From Nemertoderma westbladi (taxonomy: Eukaryota; Animalia; Xenacoelomorpha): a DNA stretch of 64,000 nucleotides. The position numbers and the translations under genes were made by a program. Location of the stretch: contig JAUCBJ010002989.1 in assembly GCA_032718475.1 (NCBI GenBank), positions 1 to 64,000 of the forward strand, given 5' to 3'. The notes under the pieces are model-generated. The model had not been told where the DNA came from and searched no databases. It saw only the letters and a list, made by a program, of their open reading frames with translations. Below, one piece after another: positions 25,501-37,500 of this stretch (position 1 is its first letter; every line of letters starts with the position of its first letter).

Positions 25501-28500
25501 TTAGCTACGCTCTAGCGAGAGACTGGTGAACTGTTGACAGCCCCCACTTAAATTATATTTCAGACTATTTTCAGAATCACTATATGTGTACCAATACCGA
25601 GTTGGGATTAATTTCATCAAAGACTGACTGAGTTATTAACCTTCAAGCATTTGGCGACAGACATGCCGATGTAAAGAACGACCGACAGACCGGCCGACCA
25701 ACCGACTGACAGCGTCCTCGCCACTCGCCCCTCGCTCACCCGGCGCCCCACCATATATTGTTATGCTAAATTCCCCGATTCAATGATGATATAAAAACAC
25801 CATCTTTCGCATTAAATCTATTACTGTAATTATTTTACTTTCACCCTAACCAATCACAATTTACAGTTTATTAATTCGCTATCGACCAAACATATCCCAC
25901 TTTTACAGACTCAGTTTTATTTTACTGTTATTCTAGCAAATCCCATCTTCCCAGGCTGGTTGGTTCAGCTGTTGTTAATTTATTATTTCCCTTTAACCAA
26001 TCCAACTTTTACAATCTTTTAATGTGATATTATTTTCCTATTAACATAATAGTCAATCACACATTTACAACCTTTTTCAGCTATTCAATCACTCACTAGC
26101 AGGCTCATCGACTGATGTTTTACTATTCCTAACCAATGCAGGCTTGTCAGCGGTTATTGTTTCAGTATCCCATCTGTGTATTGCAGGAACTGTCAGTTGT
26201 TATTTTACTCTTATCATAAAACCCAACTTCGCAGTCTCATTCAGCTTTTATGATTTTAATATACTTGTAACCAATCACACATTCGCAGACTCGTCCAGCT
26301 GTTTAGCACCGACTTCGAGAATCTGATTCTCGGGAGTAGTGACGACATTGGCACGGTAGAGCTTTCAGGAGGCGCGCGAATAAATCGTTTATTTCATGAA
26401 CGTTTCCCTTACGAAGTGAAGAAGGTAGTTTTAGAGTAGTGTGTAACTGACCTTCTGTTCTTGTTATTTTGGTATGTTTCCTGGCAGTAGTTAACTTTTT
26501 GTATTTAATTTTTGCAAGTTTTTGTATTACCTGTTGCATGCTCAGTAATATTCCTCCCCTCCGCAAGCACATTACATAAACAACTATGAACAAAAGTAAT
26601 TTGAGTTTAGGGCCCTGCTACTGAAAGCATTTCACGAAATAGTAATAGTTCTGGAATGTAGAGCGCACCCTGGTCACTGAAGGTATTATGAGATATTTAA
26701 TAATACCCTATACTATACGAAACGGAAAATGTTTACCCGTCAACTTCTACAGTATTAATTATTTTTGTTGGTCGGCATTATCCGGGACGGAATTGTCCTA
26801 TCTTCAAATAATGGATACTCATTTACAAACATTTCGTATTTTTTTTCCAATCTCTTACTACTTATCCTTTTAATGTGTTGTATTTCTGCCGTTCCCTGAT
26901 GGGTGATTAATAATATTATACTTACCATATTCCGTGTGTTTGTTATTTATTTCAGATCTGTGGATGTTGTAACATCCAGACAATTACAGTGTCAACCATG
27001 TCTTCTTTATGCAAACTTGCAATTGAGCAATTAAGGTGTAAATAGTTACGATCAGCTCTAACCCCTAGTTATCGCTTTTATCGAATAGTGTAATAGGTTC
27101 AGTGATCAATCAGTTGCCAATGACTTACTTGGGGGTGATATTTGGTGACAATAACAGTGAGTTGTTTGGTTACAGAATGGTACAACGTCTTAGGTCCGAC
27201 TTTGACACACAACTCACCGGCAGTGGCGATGTTGTCGATACAGATATTTTATGCTCAGGGGCTCGTATAAACAAACTATTTATAGAACGACTGCCCTACG
27301 AAATGACAAAGGTGAACTTAATTTCGGAAAACATTGTTTTATTTACAAAAAACTTATTCAGAGAAAAATTTAGTTAGTGTGTTAATAATGTTAAGAACAG
27401 TGCTAATAATAACTGTGGCAAGACTACAAGAGCGCGCGCAAGTTTCGAGAAATGGCCGTGGTGTTCGTGGCTCAAATGTGGTGTCCGTGACACAGCTGTG
27501 GTGTCCGTGACACAGCTGTGGTGTTCGTGACACAGCTGTGGTGTCCGTGACACAGCTGTGGTGTTCGTGACACAGCTGTGGTGTCCGTGACACAGCTGTG
27601 GTGTCCGTGACACAGCTGTGGTGTTCGTGACACAGCTGTGGTGTCCGTGACACAGCCGTGGTGTCCGTGATACAGCTGTGGTGTCCGTGACACAGCGGTG
27701 GTGTTCGTGACACAGCCGTGGTGTTCGTGACACAGCCGTGGTGTCCGTGATACAGCTGTGGTGTCCGTGACACAGCCGTGGTGTCCGTGATACAGCTGTG
27801 GTGTCCGTGACACAGCTGTGGTGTTCGTGACACAGCCGTGGTGTCCGTGATACAGCTGTGGTGTCCGTGACACATCCGTGGTGTCCGTGACACAGTTGTG
27901 GTGTCCGTGACACAGCTGTGGTGTCCGTGATACTAACAGCTGTGGGGTCCGTGACACAGCTGTGGGGTCCGTGACACAGCTGTGGTGTCCGTGACACAGC
28001 TGTGGTGTCCGTGGCAAAGCTGTGGGGTCCGTGACACAGCTGTGGTGTCAGTTACACAGTCGAAGTGTTAGTGACAAGGCGGGAGCGTTTCACGACGTTG
28101 CGTTCGTGGTAAAAGTCATGCCATTTTTACCAACAACTTTGTATGTTTGATGGTGTTCGTTTGCACAGTTCTTACCATAAAGCCAATTAATTGTTGTTAC
28201 TATTGAAATTCACTCCTCCATAGCCAAATTAGCTTTCCCAGCTAGCTTTGGGGGTGTAATTTATTTATTTACAATAACTTTTTCCTGAATATGTTTACAA
28301 ACTTAAGTTTGATGCGACTGATCACACTTATGAAATCATCAGGTGAAGGGACTGGACTGTCTTTAGTTGTATCATTATCAATATACATTGTTTTACTTTT
28401 CTTACAGCCAATTATTTACATATCCTACATTGAGAAATTTGTTCATAAAATGATGCCACATCATAACAATTATGAAAATGTTATCAATTCTAACCTATTA

Positions 28501-31500
28501 TAATAAGTTATAATGTTAGCGTAACATTACCGTAACGTATTTGTGTTACAATCTTAATCACATAATAATAGTGAGGCCTTAATTAAATGCGTTCTAATAA
28601 AATAACCATCGGCAGTTTAATGTTTAAGGTAAAATAATCTCGATGTTTTTTGTTTAGATTATACAGCGTAAATTATTTTACTTTTAATATATTCCTGCCG
28701 CTTTTTTATTTTCTGATATATATCCCTCACACAATTAATTTCCATATTTTTGTTCTCGCTTTCCATTTTCCTGCATGGCATGATTCTTTATTGTTTGTTC
28801 TTTTTTCTTGACTTGGTCTTTCACCTTAGACTTGCATTTGACATTAATATCATTATATCATATCATAATAAATCATTATTCGAAATTGTTTTTGCTGATT
28901 GATAAACTTCATTTTTCTTTATAAAGTAGTGTTGTTAAAAGTAAGTGCCGTTAATATTACATAATCAATACGTACATTACATTTTGTAATATAATTCCTA
29001 TCCTATTAAGAAAAACAACTTACATATTATTTATTACGGATTTTGATTAATGCATCTGCGAAAATTAGGAAATTGCGAAATTATGTTAACAGTTTTTTTG
29101 TTGTTGGAGTAACGTTAAGCGGAGATGATACTAAATTATAACTAATTAGTTTGGAGAAGAGCAGAGGTAAAATATCCTATAAACCTTCACTTATGTTTCA
29201 TCATTTCTCTCACATAAAATTGATTATATTTTACACATTATGCGATCATTATAAGTATTTCATTAATTATGTTGCATAATGTCTATGTGCTTTTCCTTTC
29301 TCTCATATATGGTTTATTGTTATTGTAAATCGTTTCCAGTTGGACTTCGGGGAGCAAGATGTCCGTAAGGAGATCATCTACGCTATCCGCAACATCCACG
29401 GTGTCCGTACCGGACTGTTTACTCCGGATATGGCCTTTGAGTTGGTGGTCAAACGGAAAATCTCCAAACTGAAAGAGCCCGCTATTAAGTGCGTGGATCT
29501 TGTAATGGAAGAACTCAATAACGTAATCCGTAAGTGCGGCGAGAGATTACAGCGGTATCCACGACTACGGGAAGAAACGGAACGCATTGTGACCGGACAC
29601 ATTCGCGAGAAGGAAGTCCGATCCAAGGATCACATAAATCTAATGATAGACGTTGAACTCGCATATATGAATACTAATCACGAAGACTTTGTTGGTTTTG
29701 CAAAGTAAGTTGACAATATTAAAAAAATGTATCAAATAAGACAATAAATATACATATTTGTATACAAATGAACATCATGCACATTATTTTGTTTTAGTGC
29801 CAGGCATCGCACATTATTTTGTTTTAGTGCCAGGCATCGCACATTATTTTGTTTTAGTGCCAGGCATCGCATATTATTTTGTTTTAGTACCAGGCATCGC
29901 ATATTATTTTGTTTTAGTGCCAGGCATCGCATATTATTTTGTTTTAGTGCCAGGCATCGCATATTATTTTGTTTTAGTGCCAGGCATCGCATATTATTTT
30001 GTTTTAGTGCCAGGCATCGCATATTATTTTGTTTTAGTGCCAGACATCGCACATTATTTTGTTTTAGTACCAGGCATCGCACATTATTTTGTTTTAGTGC
30101 CAGGCATCGCATATTATTTTGTTTTAGTGCCAGGCATCGCATATTATTTTGTTTTAGTGCCAGGCATCGCATATTATTTTGTTTTAGTGCCAGACATCGC
30201 ACATTATTTTGTTTTAGTACCAGGCATCGCATATTATTTTGTTTTAGTGCCAGGCATCGCATATTATTTTGTTTTAGTGCCAGACATCGCACATTATTTT
30301 GTTTTAGTACCAGACATCGCATATTATTTTGTTTTAGTGCCAGACATCGCATATTATTTTGTTTTAGTGCCAGGCATCACATATTATTTTGTTTTAGTGC
30401 CAGGCATCGCATATTATTTTGTTTTAGTGCCAGACATCGCACATTATTTTGTTTTAGTACCAGACATCGCATATTATTTTGTTTTAGTGCCAGACATCGC
30501 ATATTATTTTGTTTTAGTGCCAGGCATCACATATTATTTTGTTTTAGTGCCAGGCATCGCATATTATTTTGTTTTAGTGCCAGACATCGCATATTATTTT
30601 GTTTTAGTACCAGACATCGCATATTATTTTGTTTTAGTGCCAGACATCGCATATTATTTTGTTTTAGTGCCAGGCATCACATATTATTTTGTTTTAGTGC
30701 CAGGCATCGCATATTATTTTGTTTTAGTGCCAGACATCGCACATTATTTTGTTTTAGTACCAGACATCGCATATTATTTTGTTTTAGTGCCAGACATCGC
30801 ATATTATTTTGTTTTAGTGCCAGGCATCACATATTATTTTGTTTTAGTGCCAGGCATCGCATATTATTTTGTTTTAGTGCCAGACATCGCACATTATTTT
30901 GTTTTAGTACCAGGCATCGCATATTATTTTGTTTTAGTGCCAGGTATCGCATATTATTTTGTTTTAGTACCAGGCATCGCATATTATTTTGTTTTAGTGC
31001 CAGGTATCGCATATTATTTTGTTTTAGTGCCAGGTATCGCATATTATTTTGTTTTAGTACCAGGCATCGCATATTATTTTGTTTTAGTGCCAGGTATCGC
31101 ATATTATTTTGTTTTAGTGCCAGGCATCACATATTATTTTGTTTTAGTGCCAGGCATCGCATATTATTTTGTTTTAGTGCCAGACATCGCACATTATTTT
31201 GTTTTAGTACCAGGCATCGCATATTATTTTGTTTTAGTGCCAGGCATCGCATATTATTTTGTTTTAGTGCCAGGCATCGCATATTATTTTGTTTTAGTGC
31301 CAGGCATCGCATATTATTTTGTTTTAGTGCCAGGCATCGCACATTATTTTGTTTTAGTGCCAGGCATCGCATATTATTTTGTTTTAGTGCCAGACATCGC
31401 ATATTATTTTGTTTTAGTGCCAGCGCAAGTGTATCAGATAAAGTGAAATCAGCGAGTTCCACCAAGAACGTTAGCAACCAACTTATTCGTAAGGGATGGA

Positions 31501-34500
31501 TAACCGTACATCTCAGCTTTATGAAGGGAGGTACTAAAGAATACTGGTTCGTTCTAACTTCCGATAATTTATCCTGGTACAGAGATAACACGGTTAGTTG
31601 AATATTATACTGTATATATCACCGTCGTTTTACATGTGTTAGCGCTTTTAGTAAATTATGTTCATTCAATCTCAATTTCGTATATTTCGGGCTTATAATA
31701 ATCGGAGCTGAGAATTCATGCATCTATGACGTTATAAACTGCTGGTCTGACACAATAAACGGGATTGCGCTAGTGTACCTGTCAACAAGGGCCGCTTACT
31801 ATATCGATCGTAGCTTCCCCTCTGCCTTCCTCTCATAAGTTGGTTTATTACGGTATTTGATTATCTATTGTATTTGACTGAGATACGATACCGGGAGGGT
31901 GTGCCAACACAATATAACAAGCAAATGGCTGACTAATTAATTCTGTAAGGACTCAAGTGCGGTATTTGTGTTTCTCTTTAGGAGAAACGTATAGTGACTT
32001 GCCTCTATGTACAATTATATAAATATTTCTATCGCAATTAATTTATGACAACTCTCAATCGTGATACAATTAATAATAAGAGCCTTTCTTATATTAATGG
32101 TCTGGTATATCGCCATATATTAATTATTTAGTAAGTCAGAGATAGAACAACACACTTCTATTACAATTGTCCAGATTACCACTGATACTTAATTGCACAG
32201 ACCCACCTTATATTTGGCGCGTGTAAAATCTCCTTGATTACGTTATATCGGCGGTATAATCAACAATAAGAGAGCAAATTATATAAAATATTATACTTAA
32301 GACATAAAGACATCAATTGTACAAAGACATTACAATTGAACACAGGACATTAATTGTAGGACTGCTACTAAGTGTTCGTGCGTACACTGTTTCATAAGGA
32401 CTGCTACTAAATGTTCGTGCGTACACTGTTTCGTAAGGACTGCTACTAAGTGTTCGTGCGTACAATGTTTCATAAGGACTGCTACTAAGTGTTCGTGCGT
32501 ACACTGTTTCATAAGGACTGCTACTAAGTGTTCGTGCGTACACTGTTTCATAAGGACTGCTACTAAGTGTTCGTGCGTACACTGTTTCATAAGGACTGCT
32601 ACTAAATGTTCGTGCGTACACTGTTTCGTAAGGACTGCTACTAAGTGTTCGTGCGTACAATGTTTCATAAGGACTGCTACTAAGTGTTCGTGCTACACTG
32701 TTTCATAAGGATTGCTACTAAGTGTTCGTGCGTACACTGTTTCATAAGGATTGCTACTAAGTGTTCGTGCGTACACTGTTTCATAAGGATTGCTACTAAG
32801 TGTTCGTGCGTACACTGTTTCATAAGGATTGCTACTAAGTGTTCGTGCGTACACTATTTCATAAAGACTGCTACTAAGTGTTCGTGCGTACACTGTTTCA
32901 TATGGACTGCTACTAAGTGTTCGTGCGTACACTGTTTCATAAGGACTGCTACTAAGTGTTCGTGCGTACACTGTTTCATAAGGACTGCTACTAAGTGTTC
33001 GTGCTACACTGTTTCATAAGGACTGCTACTAAGTGTTCGTGCGTACACTGTTTCATAAGGACTGCTACTAAGTGTTCGTGCTACACTGTTTCATAAGGAC
33101 TGCTACTAAGTGTTCGTGCGTACACTGTTTCATAAGGACTGCTACTAAGTGTTCGTGCGTACACTGTTTCATAAGGACTGCTACTAAGTGTTCGTGCTAC
33201 ACTGTTTCATAAGGACTGCTACTAAGTGTTCGTGCTACACTGTTTCATAAGGACTGCTACTAAATGTTCGTGCGTACACTGTTTCATAAGGACTGCTACT
33301 AAGTGTTCGTGCTACACTGTTTCATAAGGACTGCTACTAAGTGTTCGTGCGTACACTGTTTCATAAGGACTGCTACTAAGTGTTCGTGCTACACTGTTTC
33401 ATAAGGACTGCTACTAAGTGTTCGTGCGTACACTGTTTCATAAGGACTGCTACTAAGTGTTCGTGCGTACACTGTTTCATAAGGACTGCTACTAAGTGTT
33501 CGTGCGTACACTGTTTCATAAGGACTGCTACTAAATGTTCGTGCGTACACTGTTTCGTAAGGACTGCTACTAAGTGTTCGTGCGTACAATGTTTCATAAG
33601 GACTGCTACTAAGTGTTCGTGCTACACTGTTTCATAAGGATTGCTACTAAGTGTTCGTGCGTACACTGTTTCATAAGGATTGCTACTAAGTGTTCGTGCG
33701 TACACTGTTTCATAAGGATTGCTACTAAGTGTTCGTGCGTACACTGTTTCATAAGGATTGCTACTAAGTGTTCGTGCGTACACTATTTCATAAAGACTGC
33801 TACTAAGTGTTCGTGCGTACACTGTTTCATATGGACTGCTACTAAGTGTTCGTGCGTACACTGTTTCATAAGGACTGCTACTAAGTGTTCGTGCGTACAC
33901 TGTTTCATAAGGACTGCTACTAAGTGTTCGTGCTACACTGTTTCATAAGGACTGCTACTAAGTGTTCGTGCGTACACTGTTTCATAAGGACTGCTACTAA
34001 GTGTTCGTGCTACACTGTTTCATAAGGACTGCTACTAAGTGTTCGTGCGTACACTGTTTCATAAGGACTGCTACTAAGTGTTCGTGCGTACACTGTTTCA
34101 TAAGGACTGCTACTAAGTGTTCGTGCTACACTGTTTCATAAGGACTGCTACTAAGTGTTCGTGCTACACTGTTTCATAAGGACTGCTACTAAATGTTCGT
34201 GCGTACACTGTTTCATAAGGACTGCTACTAAGTGTTCGTGCTACACTGTTTCATAAGGACTGCTACTAAGTGTTCGTGCGTACACTGTTTCATAAGGACT
34301 GCTACTAAGTGTTCGTGCTACACTGTTTCATAAGGACTGCTACTAAGTGTTCGTGCGTACACTGTTTCATAAGGACTGCTACTAAGTGTTCGTGCTACAC
34401 TGTTTCATAAGGACTGCTACTAAGTGTTCGTGCGTACACTGTTTCATAAGGACTGCTACTAAGTGTTCGTGCTACACTGTTTCATAAGGACTGCTACTAA

Positions 34501-37500
34501 GTGTTCGTGCTACACTGTTTCATAAGGATTGCTACTAAGTGTTCGTGCGTTCACTGTTTCATAAGGATTGCTACTAAGTGTTCGTGCGTACACTATTTCA
34601 TAAAGACTGCTACTAAGTGTTCGTGCGTACACTGTTTCATATGGACTGCTACTAAGTGTTCGTGCGTACACTGTTTCATAAGGACTGCTACTAAGTGTTC
34701 GTGCGTACACTGTTTCATAAGGACTGCTACTAAGTGTTCGTGCTACACTGTTTCATAAGGACTGCTACTAAGTGTTCGTGCGTACACTGTTTCATAAGGA
34801 CTGCTACTAAGTGTTCGTGCGTACACTGTTTCATATGGACTGCTACTAAGTGTTCGTGCGTACACTGTTTCATAAGGACTGCTACTAAGTGTTCGTGCGT
34901 ACACTGTTTCATAAGGACTGCTACTAAGTGTTCGTGCGTACACTGTTTCATAAGAACTGCTACTAAGTGTTCGTGCTACACTGTTTCATAAGGATTGCTA
35001 CTAAGTGTTCGTGCGTACACTGTTTCATAAGGACTGCTACTAAGTGTTCGTGCGTACACTGTTTCATAAGGACTGCTACTAAGTGTTCGTGCGTACACTG
35101 TTTCATAAGGACTGCTACTAAGTGTTCGTGCGTACACTGTTTCATAAGAACTGCTACTAAGTGTTCGTGCTACACTGTTTCATAAGGATTGCTACTAAGT
35201 GTTCGTGCGTACACTGTTTCATAAGGACTGCTACTAAGTGTTCCTGCGTACACTGTTTCATAAGGACTGCTACTAAGTCTTCGTGCGTACACTGTTTCAT
35301 ATGGACTGCTACTAAGTGTTCGTGCGTACACTGTTTCATAAGGACTGCTACTAAGTGTCCGTGCGTACACTGTTTCATAAGGACTGCTACTAAGTGTTCC
35401 TGCGTACACTATTTCATAAGGACTGCTACTAAGTGTTCGTGCGTACACTGTTTCATATGGACTGCTACTAAGTGTTCGTGCGTACACTGTTTCATAAGGA
35501 CTGCTACTAAGTGTTCGTGCGTACACTGTTTCATAAGGACTGCTACTAAGTGTTCGTGCGTACACTGTTTCATAAGGACTGCTACTATGTGTTTGTGCGT
35601 ACACTGTTTCATAAGGACTGCTACTAAGTGTTCGTGCGTACACTGTTTCATAAGAACTGCTACTAAGTGTTCGTGCTACACTGTTTCATAAGGATTGCTA
35701 CTAAGTGTTCGTGCGTACACTGTTTCATAAGGACTGCTACTAAGTGTTCCTGCGTACACTGTTTCATAAGGACTGCTACTAAGTGTTCGTGCGTACACTG
35801 TTTCATATGGACTGCTACTAAGTGTTCGTGCGTACACTGTTTCATAAGGACTGCTACTAAGTGTTCGTACGTACACTGTTTCATAAGGACTGCTACTAAG
35901 TGTTCGTGCGTACACTGTTTCATAAGAACTGCTACTAAGTGTTCGTGCTACACTGTTTCATAAGGATTGCTACTAAGTGTTCGTGCGTACACTGTTTCAT
36001 AAGGACTGCTACTAAGTGTTCGTGCGTACACTGTTTCATAAGGACTGCTACTAAGTGTTCGTGCGTACACTGTTTCATAAGAACTGCTACTAAGTGTTCG
36101 TGCTACACTGTTTCATAAGGATTGCTACTAAGTGTTCGTGCGTACACTGTTTCATAAGGACTGCTACTAAGTGTTCCTGCGTACACTGTTTCATAAGGAC
36201 TGCTACTAAGTGTTCGTGCGTACACTGTTTCATATGGACTGCTACTAAGTGTTCGTGCTACACTGTTTCATAAGGATTGCTACTAAGTGTTCGTGCGTAC
36301 ACTGTTTCATAAGGACTGCTACTAAGTGTTCGTGCGTACACTGTTTCATAAGAACTGCTACTAAGTGTTCGTGCGTACAATGTTTCATAAGGACTGCTAC
36401 TAAGTGTTCGTGCTACACTGTTTCATAAGGATTGCTACTAAGTGTTCGTGCGTACACTGTTTCATAAGGATTGCTACTAAGTGTTCGTGCGTACACTGTT
36501 TCATAAGGATTGCTACTAAGTGTTCGTGCGTAGGGGGTACACTGTTTCATAAAGACTGCTACTAAGTGTTCGTGCGTACACTGTTTCATATGGACTGCTA
36601 CTAAGTGTTCGTGCGTACACTGTTTCATAAGGACTGCTACTAAGTGTTCGTGCGTACACTGTTTCATAAGGACTGCTACTAAGTGTTCGTGCGTACACTG
36701 TTTCATAAGGACTGCTACTATGTGTTTGTGCGTACACTGTTTCATAAGGACTGCTACTAAGTGTTCGTGCGTACACTGTTTCATAAGGACTGCTACTAAG
36801 TGTTCGTGCGTACACTGTTTCATAAGGACTGCTACTAAGTGTTCGTGCGTACACTGTTTCATAAGGACTGCTACTAAGTGTTCGTGCGTACACTGTTTCA
36901 TAAGAACTGCTACTAAGTGTTCGTGCTACACTGTTTCATAAGGATTGCTACTAAGTGTTCGTGCGTACACTGTTTCATAAGGACTGCTACTAAGTGTTCC
37001 TGCGTACACTGTTTCATAAGGACTGCTACTAAGTGTTCGTTCTACACTGTTTCATAAGGACTGCTACTAAGTGTTCGTGCGTACACTGTTTCGTAAGGAC
37101 TGCTACTAAGTGTTCGTGCGTACACTGTTTCATAAGAACTGCTACTAAGTGTTCGTGCGTACACTGTTTCATAAGGATTGCTACTAAGTGTTCGTGCGTA
37201 CACTGTTTCATAAGGACTGCTACTAAGTGTTCGTGCGTACACTGTTTCATAAAGACTGCTACTAAGTGTTCGTGCGTACACTGTTTCATAAGGACTGCTA
37301 CAAGTGTTCGTGCGTACACTGTTTCATAAGGACTGCTACTAAGTGTTCGTGCGTACACTGTTTCATAAGGATTGCTACTAAGTGTAGGCAGCGATAGATT
37401 GAATGACTTACTGTTAGGCCTACCTTAGCGTCGTGACCGTATAATTCGGTAGAGTCATACTGAAAGAATACTGCTACTTTATATCACCCCGTGATATATA

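Noticed and set aside
26956-27035. Possible fourth cassette exon after ttatttcag
   Set aside because: No similarity to the stalk exon and an in-frame TAA before the candidate donor.
14699-27311. Three exon copies as pieces of separate paralogous dynamin genes
   Set aside because: No duplicated neighbouring exons were found; all three lie in order on the same strand between single flanking exons.
29732-31446. 562-aa hydrophobic ORF ([10 protein letters not shown])n and antisense ORFs
   Set aside because: Translation of the 30-bp array; not the dynamin frame and no independent gene signals.
32313-37358. Cys/His-rich repeats resembling zinc fingers (CSCVHC)
   Set aside because: Frames are broken repeatedly by 37-bp units; intronic minisatellite.
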